Notes under the pieces: generated by a model | The model's input: only the letters and a program-made list of their open reading frames with translations | Told to the model about the DNA's origin: nothing | Database searches by the model: none | From: Bacteroidales bacterium | GTDB taxonomy: Bacteria; Bacteroidota; Bacteroidia; Bacteroidales; UBA4181 | DNA: 57,981 bases | NCBI GenBank assembly: GCA_031551455.1 | Contig: JAVBNP010000037.1 | Coordinates: 1 to 57,981 of the forward strand | Reading direction: 5' to 3' | Shown here: piece after piece, positions 9,929 to 20,323 of the stretch | Numbering within the stretch: the first letter of the stretch is position 1 | Layout of the letters: each line of letters opens with the position of its first letter | Translations under genes and position numbers: made by a program

Positions 9929-10564
9929 ATGGATTACGAGAAATTTACGCAAAAACAAAAGAGGCGATTTGCCGAAGGAACGGCTCGCGTGACCGACCTG
10001 CGTCGGTGGGACGATTTCGAGAATCGCATGCAAAATCTGTACGAGGGATTGTCGGCCGAATTGAATAAAAATTTCGAATTCGGAACACTTCGGCTTGTTA
10101 TTTGGCGCGATGTTGTTTCGAATGCTTCGAAGCATGCCGAAGATGTGCCTCATTTTGTATTGTTCCGTTTATATCCGACGAAGTCCGAAGGATCCGGCGA
10201 ATCAAATATACCCGTTGCCGTTCGGCGAGAAGTCACTTTACTTTTCGTGCGGGGATATTACGGCGAAACGGCGATTGTTACATATGAACGTCTTTCGAAA
10301 ATCGCAACTTTCGGCAACAAATACCTCATTTACGATATCTGCGATAATCCCGATCGGCTTACCGTCAAAAAATCGGGAAAAATCATTTCGTTTTATTTTT
10401 CGTACGCGGCCAAACGTTGGTGTTTGGAGAAACCGACCGTTTGGCAAAATCTGCGCATGTTGTTGATAAGGCTTAAAACACGCAGAAAAATATTGAAATA
10501 CGGGAAATCGACTTTATCGGTAATTCGGTCGGTTGCAAATTTGACGGCGGAACAGTTCGATTAA
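9929..10564 (+). CDS. Hypothetical protein (no recognisable motif)
   Basis: 211-aa ORF with coding-like composition and a TAA stop. No family is recognisable by eye. Confidence 0.35.
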   Translation: MDYEKFTQKQKRRFAEGTARVTDLRRWDDFENRMQNLYEGLSAELNKNFEFGTLRLVIWRDVVSNASKHAEDVPHFVLFRLYPTKSEGSGESNIPVAVRREVTLLFVRGYYGETAIVTYERLSKIATFGNKYLIYDICDNPDRLTVKKSGKIISFYFSYAAKRWCLEKPTVWQNLRMLLIRLKTRRKILKYGKSTLSVIRSVANLTAEQFD

Positions 10565-10595
10565 AACCTATCGGGGTTCCAAAACCCAATAGGTT
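10565..10595. repeat. REP-like hairpin, AACCTATYGGG…CCCRATAGGTT family (copy 1)
   Basis: aacctatcgggg-ttcc-aaaacccaataggtt. 11-bp stem with one C/A (opposite strand G:U) position, immediately after the stop at 10564. Confidence 0.8.
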
Positions 10596-10693
10596 TATTC
10601 ATAATAAGTGGTTTAATACCCCGACCCTCTGGGTCGGAAACAAAAAAAACCTTTGGTCTTGATACCTCGGGGCTCTGCCCTGGGGTTATTCAT
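10595..10693 (+). repeat. 99-bp interspersed element, copy 1
   Basis: ttattcataataagtggtttaataccccgaccctctgggtcggaaacaaaaaaaacctttggtcttgatacctcggggctctgccctggggttattcat. By eye it is identical to copies 3 and 4. Confidence 0.9.
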
Positions 10694-10773
10694 TGCGGAA
10701 AAAATCGTTATCGTCCGTCGGATATTTTTGCGATTTTCGGGAAACGAATATTGCGCCGCGCCGGAAAAAACGT

Positions 10774-10781
10774 TACCTTTG
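10774..10781 (+). promoter_or_regulatory. Candidate -7 box (TAccTTTG) upstream of eno
   Basis: Exact TAnnTTTG match, 93 nt upstream of the ATG at 10874. A second match, tatttttg, lies at 10723-10730. Confidence 0.35.
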
Positions 10782-10834
10782 CGCTTCGGAAATTTTAACT
10801 TGGCGGAAGAGTTCATCAAGTTGAACGAATGTAA

Positions 10835-12163
<1,329 letters not shown>

Positions 12164-12189
12164 CGAAACGCCGACCAATATGTGAACGA

Positions 12190-12216
12190 AAAAGCCGCCA
12201 AAAGGCGGCTTTTTTA
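12190..12216 (+). terminator. Intrinsic terminator after eno
   Basis: gccgcc-aaaa-ggcggc stem followed by tttttt. Confidence 0.75.
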
Positions 12217-12240
12217 TTTGCGTTTTGCGAGAAATAAAAA

Positions 12241-12265
12241 GAAATGCCCGAAGGCATCTCTTTTT
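12241..12265 (+). terminator. Second hairpin plus T-run downstream of eno
   Basis: gaaatgcc-cgaa-ggcatctc (one mismatch) followed by ttttt. Confidence 0.5.
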
Positions 12266-12273
12266 CGTATGAT

Positions 12274-12370
12274 TTATTCATAAAAGTGGTTTAATACCCC
12301 GACCCTCTGGGTCGGAAACAAAAAAACCTTTGGTCTTGATACCTCGGGGCTCTGCCCTGGGGTTATTCAT
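12274..12370 (+). repeat. 99-bp interspersed element, copy 2 (97-bp variant)
   Basis: Same sequence as copy 1 except that one T is missing (cataaaagtgg) and the A tract is A7 instead of A8. Confidence 0.9.
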
Positions 12371-12377
12371 TCAAATA

Positions 12378-13286
12378 TTATTTTTGAACTTTGATCGAAA
12401 CTACGGCATTGTTATTTGCTGTGTCAAACGATTCAATTTTTATCAACCCTTTTTTGCCTGGGCTAACAGAAGTAGAGGCAGTTATGAATCCGATAACGTC
12501 GCCTGCCGCAAGGTTGGAAACAATGTTACCTGTGACGGTTGTGGTGGTAACTTTTTCGTTAATTACCGCATCATTAGATATGGCATCAAATTCAGCTGCA
12601 GTGATGCTCAATTTCGATAATTTGGTGTCATTTTTTGTTGTCCATGTAGAGACTTTGTCGGCAGAACTGCTTGCAAGGTTTTGCACATCGCTGTTGCTCG
12701 GAGCGGCAATACTTTGTTTATTGGTCGCGCCGTTAAAATAGATGAAATCAACTTTATTTGAGTTGGTTTTTGCTGCAGGAAGCAACCAAACATCACCGGT
12801 AGCAGATGCACACGAACTTCCCGTTGTGGTGCTATGCGCCAACGAACCCAATGTTTTGCTCAGCCATTCGTTAATGGGATTTGAAGTAGAAGTTGCATTA
12901 ACGACAATTTCTATTTCTTTATTGGTTGATTGCCCTTCTTTATCCGTAACTTCTGTTATGTATTTAATAGTTCCGGCCACATTGGTCGGGAAAGTTCCCG
13001 TTATTTGGTCCGAAACATCACTTTTAAATCCGCTTGTTTTGGGAAATCCGGTAAGATTCGACCCATTAACTTGCTTGAAATCAATCTGTTTTAATTTACC
13101 AGGTGCATTGTAATCAATTCTATAAGTGACGGTAGCACCTTGGTCGACGGTTATCTTTTGCTGATCCGTACCATTCAAATTAATAATAATTGAAGGTTTT
13201 TCGATGTCATCATCCTTCGAACAACTAACAAATGCAGTGCTCGCCAAAAAGAGCGATGCAACGATAAAATAACTTACTTTCTTCAT
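12378..13286 (-). CDS. Lipoprotein, Thr/Ser-rich, unknown function
   Basis: MKKVSYFIVASLFLASTAFVSC lipobox-type signal. 302 aa, TAA stop. Confidence 0.6.
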   Translation of the reverse strand: MKKVSYFIVASLFLASTAFVSCSKDDDIEKPSIIINLNGTDQQKITVDQGATVTYRIDYNAPGKLKQIDFKQVNGSNLTGFPKTSGFKSDVSDQITGTFPTNVAGTIKYITEVTDKEGQSTNKEIEIVVNATSTSNPINEWLSKTLGSLAHSTTTGSSCASATGDVWLLPAAKTNSNKVDFIYFNGATNKQSIAAPSNSDVQNLASSSADKVSTWTTKNDTKLSKLSITAAEFDAISNDAVINEKVTTTTVTGNIVSNLAAGDVIGFITASTSVSPGKKGLIKIESFDTANNNAVVSIKVQK

Positions 13287-13420
13287 TTTTTGATGATTAA
13301 ATTAATACTTATTGGTTATACTTATTTATCAAAAGTTATACCACAGGTATACGTCAATTTGATAAAAAAGTTATACAAAAAGATATCAAAAAATCACCGA
13401 TTATGGTAATCCGTTATTTA

Positions 13421-14221
13421 TCAGCGATATTTTAACCCTGCCAGTTCATCGTATTTTTTCATGATCCTGCGAACGATCGAATTATCGGGATCGAAAAGAA
13501 AATCATCCGTTTGAGCAATCGGCAACACTTTAGGCGATGTTCCCGAGATAAATGCCGCGTTGCAATCGGAAAGTTTCGTAACGGGCATTCGTTTTTCAAC
13601 AAGCGGCAACAATAATTCGCGGCATATTTGCAGTACGTATTTGCGGGTAATGCTGGGCAGAACATCGGCTTCGGGAGCGGTATACACCGTGTCGTTTTTC
13701 ACCGTAAAAAAGTTGGAACGCGCGCCTTCGGTAATATACCCGTCGGGATGTACCATGATTACCTCGTACACTTGGTTTTCGACAATAATCCGATCGATTT
13801 CTTTCGTCAGTGCCGCGTGTATCACCTTGGCGCCCGGCTCGGGTCGTTCGGCGCGAAAAAGCGTCGTTCGAATGCCTGTTCGGTATGTTTCGTCGGGAGG
13901 ATAACGATGCGGAATGAAGTAAACCGCCCGATATACGATTTTTCCTTGTCGACAATAAATTTCCGCTTTGATATTTCCGGAATTCACGCCGTTAATCTTT
14001 GTCAACAATTCCGATTGTCCGCGAATATCCGCGGCAACTTCGGGAAGGTCGATTCCTTGTATTTGCGCGGTTTGTTTCAATCGGGCTTCGTGGTCGTTCA
14101 AAAAAAGGAAAACGCCGTCGGTAACGCGTATTACTTCGTACAACACCGTGCAATCGGAGGGCGGATTGAAATTTTCGGCGGTTACAGGTTGTCCGTCGAC
14201 AACGGCAAAACGGTAAAGCAT
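13421..14221 (-). CDS. Class IV (fold-type IV) aminotransferase family protein (PabC/IlvE-like)
   Basis: 266 aa. Has the EGARSNFF motif, the PSITRKYVL segment and the length typical of aminodeoxychorismate lyase or D-amino-acid aminotransferase relatives. Confidence 0.7.
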   Translation of the reverse strand: MLYRFAVVDGQPVTAENFNPPSDCTVLYEVIRVTDGVFLFLNDHEARLKQTAQIQGIDLPEVAADIRGQSELLTKINGVNSGNIKAEIYCRQGKIVYRAVYFIPHRYPPDETYRTGIRTTLFRAERPEPGAKVIHAALTKEIDRIIVENQVYEVIMVHPDGYITEGARSNFFTVKNDTVYTAPEADVLPSITRKYVLQICRELLLPLVEKRMPVTKLSDCNAAFISGTSPKVLPIAQTDDFLFDPDNSIVRRIMKKYDELAGLKYR

Positions 14222-14334
14222 GGAAAAATGATTAAGACGGTTTATAACGGGTGCAAATCCAAAACGGTTTTATTGAAAATAAACATAATGGTTCCATCGA
14301 TTGTTAAACGAAAAAATCATCATATTATATTATT

Positions 14335-14664
14335 ATGGCCAAATTTGAAATTACCAAACGAAAAAACGGTGAATATCAATTTAATCTGAAAGCTCCCAAC
14401 GGCGAAATTATTTTAACGAGTGAAGGCTATGTTAAAAAAGTCGATTGCATCAACGGCATACAGTCCGTAAGGAAAAACGCGTCGGACGACGGCAGATTCG
14501 ACAGGAAAAAGTCGGTTAACGGAAAGCATTATTTCAATCTGAAAGCCGGAAACGGTCAAGTTATCGGGGTAAGCGAAATGTATGAAACGGAATCGTCGAT
14601 GAAACACGGATTGGAATCGGTTAAAATTCATGCACCGTTGGCGACATTGAATGATATGACGTGA
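14335..14664 (+). CDS. YegP-family protein (tandem DUF1508 repeats)
   Basis: Two repeats: FEITKRKNGEYQFNLKAPNGEIILTSEGY and KSVNGKHYFNLKAGNGQVIGVSEMY. Confidence 0.8.
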   Translation: MAKFEITKRKNGEYQFNLKAPNGEIILTSEGYVKKVDCINGIQSVRKNASDDGRFDRKKSVNGKHYFNLKAGNGQVIGVSEMYETESSMKHGLESVKIHAPLATLNDMT

Positions 14665-14667
14665 TTT

Positions 14668-15873
14668 TTAAAATGCCGCCATCAACAGGTGAATGTCACG
14701 GAAGGGAATGCCAAACAAGTTGCCGATGTGTGCGTCGGTAAGGGTTCCGTTAAACATATATACGCCGTTGCGCAAACCGGCATCCGCTTTTAGCCAAGCG
14801 GAAAGACTTCCTTGCTGTCCCATGTTCAAAGTCATGTTTACGACAATGTTGCTGACAGCCATTGATGCGGTACGCGGCACACGCGACGTGATGTTGGGCA
14901 CGCAATAATGAATCACGCCGTGCTTGACGATCGTTGGTTTTTCGAGCGTGCATATCTCCGACGTTTCACAGCATCCGCCTTGATTGATGCTTAAATCCAC
15001 GATAATCGTTCCCGGTTTCATGCAGGCAACCATTTCTTCGGTAATGCACCATTGACATTGGTGTCGGTCCATGTAAACGGCTCCGATTAACGCGTCGGCC
15101 GACGATAACGCTTTGGACAATACGTGTGGATGCATGACGGAAGTGTACAGCCGCATGCCCAAGTTGCCTTGTAATCGTTGCAAACGATGCACCGAATTGT
15201 CGAATATGCGCACGAAGGCGCCCAAACCCAATGCACTGCGTGCCGCAAATTCGGCCGCCGTTCCCGCGCCGATGATGACTACCTCGGCGGGACTCACTCC
15301 CGATACGCCGCCGAGCAAAATACCTTTGCCGTTTGACGATTTACTCAAATATTCGGCGGCTATTTGAACGGAAACGTTACCGGCAATCTCGCTCATGATT
15401 TTCACCAAAGGATAACACCCGAAACGGTCTTTGATGTTCTCGAACGACACGGCCGTGATGTTTTTTCGCATCAGCCGACGAATGTATTCTTCGTTGAGTC
15501 GGTATTCGGGAAGAAACGAGAAAATCAGTTGTTGTCCTTTCATCAAATCGATTTCGTCCGAGGTCGGCGGATCGATTTTGAAAAGTATATCCGCTTTGTA
15601 AACGTCTTCGCGCGTAACAATGTAAGCGCCCGATTCGCTGTATTGCAAATCGGTGTAATTGGTGTCTTCGCCGGCATGATTCTCCACCAACACCCGATGT
15701 CCGTTTCGCACCAAAACGCCGACCGTTTCGGGCGTCAATACGATTCTGTTTTCGCAGGGATCCGATTCTTTCGGAATACCGATCAACAAACTTCTTTGGT
15801 TGCTTTCGATCTTCAAAAGTTCTTCGGCCGGCATCAATGCCTGTTTACTGAAAGAGAAATACAGCGTCGACAT
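14668..15873 (-). CDS. Alanine dehydrogenase / PNT-alpha family NAD(P)-dependent dehydrogenase
   Basis: N-terminal IGIPKE…ENRIVLTPE and the Rossmann motif VVIIGAGTAAEFAA. Confidence 0.7.
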   Translation of the reverse strand: MSTLYFSFSKQALMPAEELLKIESNQRSLLIGIPKESDPCENRIVLTPETVGVLVRNGHRVLVENHAGEDTNYTDLQYSESGAYIVTREDVYKADILFKIDPPTSDEIDLMKGQQLIFSFLPEYRLNEEYIRRLMRKNITAVSFENIKDRFGCYPLVKIMSEIAGNVSVQIAAEYLSKSSNGKGILLGGVSGVSPAEVVIIGAGTAAEFAARSALGLGAFVRIFDNSVHRLQRLQGNLGMRLYTSVMHPHVLSKALSSADALIGAVYMDRHQCQWCITEEMVACMKPGTIIVDLSINQGGCCETSEICTLEKPTIVKHGVIHYCVPNITSRVPRTASMAVSNIVVNMTLNMGQQGSLSAWLKADAGLRNGVYMFNGTLTDAHIGNLFGIPFRDIHLLMAAF

Positions 15874-15933
15874 GGTATGGAGGATTAGTGTTGCATTTAT
15901 GGACGATGCGTTAACCGTTTTTGGATTTCATGT

Positions 15934-16380
15934 TTATTGAAACGATAAATTTTCGACTTGAAGCGTCTTGGAATACATAAATGACTTCACGTGTACGGAT
16001 CCGGACAAACTCAACCGATCCGATTCATTCATAAATATACGATATGCGGCAAGTAAACCCGCCGTTAAGTCTTTCATTTCGACGGTTGCCCGTATTTTGT
16101 AATCTTTTTTCGCGTTGGCCTCAAGCTCAATTCGGTCCGTTTGTGCGAGATTGCCTATGGTTTTGTCTTTGAATTTCAATTCCATTTTACCGTCTTTTAT
16201 TTTCACTTTATATCGATTGGGATTGTCGACGGTTACCATAATGTCCAACTGCAGGACATTATCCCTGAATTCCCGATAGGTTACGTCTTTAACGGCAATT
16301 AACCGAATGTCTTCGAATTTGAAACAACCCGAAAGCAATATCGGTAGGCACAACAGAACAATTACAAGGTATTTTTTCAC
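15934..16380 (-). CDS. LEA_2 (LEA14/NDR1-like) domain lipoprotein
   Basis: A GTG start at 16380 gives (M)KKYLVIVLLCLPILLSGC, a lipoprotein signal, followed by a beta-rich domain of about 125 aa. The longer 16482 ORF lacks a signal peptide at its N-terminus. Confidence 0.5.
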   Translation of the reverse strand: MKKYLVIVLLCLPILLSGCFKFEDIRLIAVKDVTYREFRDNVLQLDIMVTVDNPNRYKVKIKDGKMELKFKDKTIGNLAQTDRIELEANAKKDYKIRATVEMKDLTAGLLAAYRIFMNESDRLSLSGSVHVKSFMYSKTLQVENLSFQ

Positions 16381-16627
16381 TTCTAATGCTTCAATGATAA
16401 GGTTACGAAATCGAGTCGACGGCAATTTGCACTCAAACATTTTTCGAATTGTCCGTCGACAATTTAAAAGCAAAAGTAACAAATCTTATCACTCGTGTCG
16501 CATCCGTATCGAAGAAACGGGAATATTTACGTTGATATTGTTCGATAAAACCACTCGTTATCAAATTCGTTCGAATATTTCCGATGAATCGATCCCGCTA
16601 TAATAAATTCGAAACGGTCGTATTTGT

Positions 16628-17215
16628 TCATTTTTCGTATCGATAATGTCCGATGATCTTATGAGCAAACAGACAGTCTTCAAGTACTTGTCCTCCTCCG
16701 ATGTTGTGAACGATCAAATATCTTTTTCCGTCCGACGATTTTTTGTTGACCGCGATTCCGATGTGCGTCATCCCGCCGGCCAATTCCCAGCAAACGATGT
16801 CCCCGTGCGTGTAATCTCCCGCTTCGTTCGATATTTTTTTGACCGTACCGTGTCGCGCAAAAAATGTCATCAAGTTGGGAACCCGTCGGTGGTCGATGTT
16901 GGCGTCCGTTCGCGTAAGTCCCCATATTTTGGGATATTTGCCGAAATTTGCCTGCATGTCCGTATGCACCTCTTTTTGCAGATCGATTCCGAGTTTTCGG
17001 TAGGCTCGGATGATAACATCCGTACAAACCCCTTTGTCGGCGGGAACATCGCCGTTCGGATAACTTATCCGGTGATACGTCGGGTCGTAGTGCACTTTTT
17101 GTTTGGTGAGCTCAAGCGCCGCATCGGAAAGTTTTTCGTAAAAGTCCGTTTGACCGAATGCCGTGCAACCGATCGCGCAAAGAAAACATATTTGCAGAAA
17201 GACGGATTTGATCAT
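16628..17215 (-). CDS. DUF1287-family secreted protein
   Basis: Signal peptide, then VHYDPTYHRISYPNGDVPADKGVCTDVIIRAYRKLGIDLQ, which matches the DUF1287 signature as I recall it. Confidence 0.65.
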   Translation of the reverse strand: MIKSVFLQICFLCAIGCTAFGQTDFYEKLSDAALELTKQKVHYDPTYHRISYPNGDVPADKGVCTDVIIRAYRKLGIDLQKEVHTDMQANFGKYPKIWGLTRTDANIDHRRVPNLMTFFARHGTVKKISNEAGDYTHGDIVCWELAGGMTHIGIAVNKKSSDGKRYLIVHNIGGGQVLEDCLFAHKIIGHYRYEK

Positions 17216-17328
17216 GTTCCGGATGTTGATTTTATTATGATAAGAAATTATTCAAAAAATCGAAAATAAACATTATTGCGAGAGTACATTCCGTTTTTCA
17301 ATACGAAAAGCCTTGATGACACGACAGA

Positions 17329-17355
17329 CCTATTAGGTTTTCAAAACCTGATAGG
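17329..17355. repeat. REP-like hairpin, same family (copy 2a)
   Basis: cctattaggtttt-c-aaaacctgatagg. One T:G position on the + strand. Confidence 0.75.
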
Positions 17356-17371
17356 CCTTTATCTCCGAATA

Positions 17372-17402
17372 AACCTATCAGGTCTTTGAGACCTAATAGG
17401 TT
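17372..17402. repeat. REP-like hairpin, same family (copy 2b, opposite orientation)
   Basis: aacctatcaggtct-ttg-agacctaataggtt. One C/A position on the + strand, which is G:U on the - strand. Confidence 0.75.
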
Positions 17403-17411
17403 GCCGTTTTC

Positions 17412-17481
17412 GTCATTGCGAGCGATAGCGAAGCAATCTTTTCGATTACCATGAGATTGCTTCGTTATCGCTCGTAATGAC
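17412..17481. repeat. Long inverted repeat (28-bp arms, 14-nt spacer)
   Basis: gtcattgcgagcgatagcgaagcaatct … agattgcttcgttatcgctcgtaatgac. The arms differ at two positions, both G:U-compatible on the + strand. Confidence 0.85.
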
Positions 17482-17552
17482 ACGGTGGAATGAACTTTTT
17501 TAATTTGTTACATGTAATATACATCGAACAGAGCATTTTAAGAAGTTTTCCG

Positions 17553-19550
17553 TTAAATACCCAACGATCGAATAAACGCTTCGCGATCAGGTTCGCGTTG
17601 CAGAAAATCGACCACCATTTCCGATTCGTATGCCGTTGAACCTTTGGCCAAAATGCAATCGCGAAAACGAGCGCCCGTTGCTTTATCCAAAACGCCTCGT
17701 TTCTCGAATTCCGAGAAAATATCTTCAGCGTATGCTTTTGCCCACAGATAACCGTAATAGCCTGCCGCATATCCCGTCAAGTGATCGAATCCGGTGTACA
17801 TGTGCGTTCCTTCGGCGTACGGGAAAGCGGTAATTTCATTTTGCAGTCGCTTCAATGTTTCCGTAAGGCTTAGACCTCCGTCGGCGTCAAAATCGTTGTG
17901 ATAGGTCAAATCCAACATTCCGTAAAAAATCTGTTGTTGGGTTTGCAATCCCGAACCCACGTTACGAGCCGCGATCATGCGATCGAACAGGTTGCGGGGA
18001 AGAATTTCGCCGGTACGGTAATGTCGGGCAAACAAAGATAATGCGTCATAGTCCCAAGCCCAATTCTCGAACATCTGTGAGGGTATTTCCACGAAATCGC
18101 GAACGTTGGATATGCCTGATTGTCCCGCTAAAACGGCGTGCGCCAGCATGGCATGCATCAAGTGTCCGAATTCGTGAAACAACGTAACTACGTCGCCGTG
18201 GGGTAACAATGCCGGTTTTTCGGACGTCGCGGGCGGAAAATTGCACACCAAAGCAGCCGAAGGATATCGGTATGCGCCGTCGTTGCCTTCATATCCGCCG
18301 GCTAACGTGAAACATGCCGCATGTCCGTATTTCCCGCTTCGGGGATAGAGGTCGAAATAAACAAATCCGGCATGTTGTCCGTGTATCGTCATTTGGTACA
18401 TATCAACCGAGGAGTGCCAAACGGATGCCCGTTCCGTTTTTTCGAAACGAACATCGTACAATTTTGCGCAAATATCGAACAAACCCCGCAGCACGTTTTC
18501 GGCCGAAAAATATTGTTTCACCTCTTCCCGATCGACGCCGTAGTTGTCCGTCAACAATTTATTGGTCCAATACGCGTTTTCCCAAGAATTGATCGATTCG
18601 GCACGAGGATGTTCCCGTCGTTTGATTTCCCGCAATTCTTCGAAATCTTTTTGCGCTTTGTTTTTTATTTTTTCCCGCAGCGAATTCTCGAAATCCAATA
18701 CCGTTTCCGTGCTTCGCGCCATGTTTTCTTCTATTTGTCTTGCCGCGTATGACGGATAACCGAGTAAAACGGCCAATCGGTTGCGTTCGGTCAGAATATC
18801 GCGTAAAACTTTTTCGTTTTGCGGCGCTCGATTAAGATATTTTACCATCAATCGTCTCCGTGCGTCATCCGATCGGGAATACCGCATGAACGGCATGTAC
18901 GAAGGCATTTTCAAGCCGATCTTGTACGTTCCGTCATCTTGCTTGTGCGCCCCGTGATAATCTTCGGGTAACCCCGATATTTCGTCTTCGGTGACAATGA
19001 GCGCATCCTCGTATTCGTTGATGTTCGACGAAAAATCCAAACAAAGCTTGGCTATTTTATTCGACAATTCTTTTACCCGGACGCGTTCCGATTCGGGTAG
19101 CGCAAATCCGTTACGACGATAAAAAGTCATTCGGTCGTCCATATATTTTTTGGCGTATCCTTCGAGTCGATGCACTTCTTCGCTTTCCGAATAATCTTTG
19201 AATGCCCGATACAATCCTTCATCCAAATTGACTCGGTTGTCGAATTGGTTCAACGTATCGACGGCTTCGCGGGCGGCCGTGCGAATAGCCTCGTCAGGAT
19301 GAACATACGCCATGAGATAAATGGTTGATTCGAGTCGGCGGTATACTCCCTGCATTCGATCGAAAGTCGCGGCGGTATTTTCGAAGTCTCGTCGGTTCGG
19401 CTCAATATCGCTTATTTGTTGCATCATTTTTTCCGCTTCGGTAATTCTTTCCGAAACGGCTTCGGCAATGTCTTTTTTTTGTATCTTTCCGAAATCGATG
19501 TTTGTATTCGGAGCATCGTTTAATAAAGGATTATCGGTCGACATTTCCAT
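17553..19550 (-). CDS. M3-family zinc metallopeptidase (oligopeptidase A / Dcp-like)
   Basis: HEFGHLMH zinc motif with a downstream E (EIPSQ). 665 aa. Confidence 0.85.
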   Translation of the reverse strand: MEMSTDNPLLNDAPNTNIDFGKIQKKDIAEAVSERITEAEKMMQQISDIEPNRRDFENTAATFDRMQGVYRRLESTIYLMAYVHPDEAIRTAAREAVDTLNQFDNRVNLDEGLYRAFKDYSESEEVHRLEGYAKKYMDDRMTFYRRNGFALPESERVRVKELSNKIAKLCLDFSSNINEYEDALIVTEDEISGLPEDYHGAHKQDDGTYKIGLKMPSYMPFMRYSRSDDARRRLMVKYLNRAPQNEKVLRDILTERNRLAVLLGYPSYAARQIEENMARSTETVLDFENSLREKIKNKAQKDFEELREIKRREHPRAESINSWENAYWTNKLLTDNYGVDREEVKQYFSAENVLRGLFDICAKLYDVRFEKTERASVWHSSVDMYQMTIHGQHAGFVYFDLYPRSGKYGHAACFTLAGGYEGNDGAYRYPSAALVCNFPPATSEKPALLPHGDVVTLFHEFGHLMHAMLAHAVLAGQSGISNVRDFVEIPSQMFENWAWDYDALSLFARHYRTGEILPRNLFDRMIAARNVGSGLQTQQQIFYGMLDLTYHNDFDADGGLSLTETLKRLQNEITAFPYAEGTHMYTGFDHLTGYAAGYYGYLWAKAYAEDIFSEFEKRGVLDKATGARFRDCILAKGSTAYESEMVVDFLQREPDREAFIRSLGI

Positions 19551-19708
19551 GTTGTTCGTGATCGTTTTTGGATATTGATGTTATTTGATGCAAAAATACG
19601 TGCTTTTTTGTAAAGAATTTCAACAAGCAAATTTTGCCTTTATCGAACAAACCGGTGTCGGCATTGTTTTTGCTTACATTTATTCTCAAATTTCAAAACG
19701 GCCGTTAA

Positions 19709-19716
19709 TAAGTTTG
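19709..19716 (+). promoter_or_regulatory. Candidate -7 box (TAagTTTG) upstream of the DksA/TraR-like gene
   Basis: Exact TAnnTTTG match, 50 nt upstream of the ATG at 19766. Confidence 0.35.
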
Positions 19717-19765
19717 TTTTGCCGGTTGTAAAACTTTAACTAATTTCGGCCAAAATTTTAAAGCC

Positions 19766-20143
19766 ATGAGTGAAAAAACAAGATATTCGGATGCCGAATT
19801 GGAGGAATTCAAGGAGCTTATTCTCGAAAAGTTGGACAAGGCTAAGAAAGATTACGAATTATTGAAAGGTACCATCACCAACAGTACCGGCAACGATACG
19901 GAAGATACTTCGCCCACATTTAAGGTATTGGAAGAAGGCGCCGCCACCTTGTCGAAGGAGGAAGCCGGACGTTTGGCGCAACGTCAGCTTAAGTTTATTC
20001 AGCACTTGCAGGCCGCTTTGGCGCGCATCGAAAATAAAACCTACGGTATTTGTCGCGAAACGGGACAATTGATACCGAAAGAACGTCTTCGTGCCGTTCC
20101 GCATGCCACATTGAGCATTGAAGCCAAAAACGATAATCGATAA
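19766..20143 (+). CDS. TraR/DksA-family regulator
   Basis: A coiled-coil N-terminal half and the C-terminal YGICRETGQLIPKERLRAVPHATLSIEAK, typical of the Bacteroidota DksA-like form. Confidence 0.75.
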   Translation: MSEKTRYSDAELEEFKELILEKLDKAKKDYELLKGTITNSTGNDTEDTSPTFKVLEEGAATLSKEEAGRLAQRQLKFIQHLQAALARIENKTYGICRETGQLIPKERLRAVPHATLSIEAKNDNR

Positions 20144-20323
20144 ACTTTGGCAATCAATGATTGACGACTTTGAAAAGTCGGGTTTATGTCGGGTCCGAAG
20201 ATGATATTATTCGGAACAATGATCGTTACCGATTAAAAGACAGAGCGGTGCAAGTAATTGTGCCGTTTTTTGTTTCATAAAAGCAGATTGTTTGATGTAA
20301 AAATAAAAATCGAAAAACAAATC

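Noticed and set aside
13628-14389. Long antisense ORFs opposite well-supported genes: 13628-14389, 16646-17269, 21265-21849, 24461-25078, 27532-28464, 36538-36936, 49025-49789 and 51999-52604.
   Set aside because: Each lies antisense to a gene with clear family motifs. Their translations are Arg/Ser/Phe-rich and low-complexity, with no motifs. This is typical of shadow ORFs.
17298-17483. 61-aa ORF across the hairpin cluster (…GLKDLIGLFGDKGLSGFENLIGL…).
   Set aside because: The sequence is a translation of the palindromic repeats, so internal peptide repeats mirror the DNA arms. It starts at GTG with no RBS-like context.
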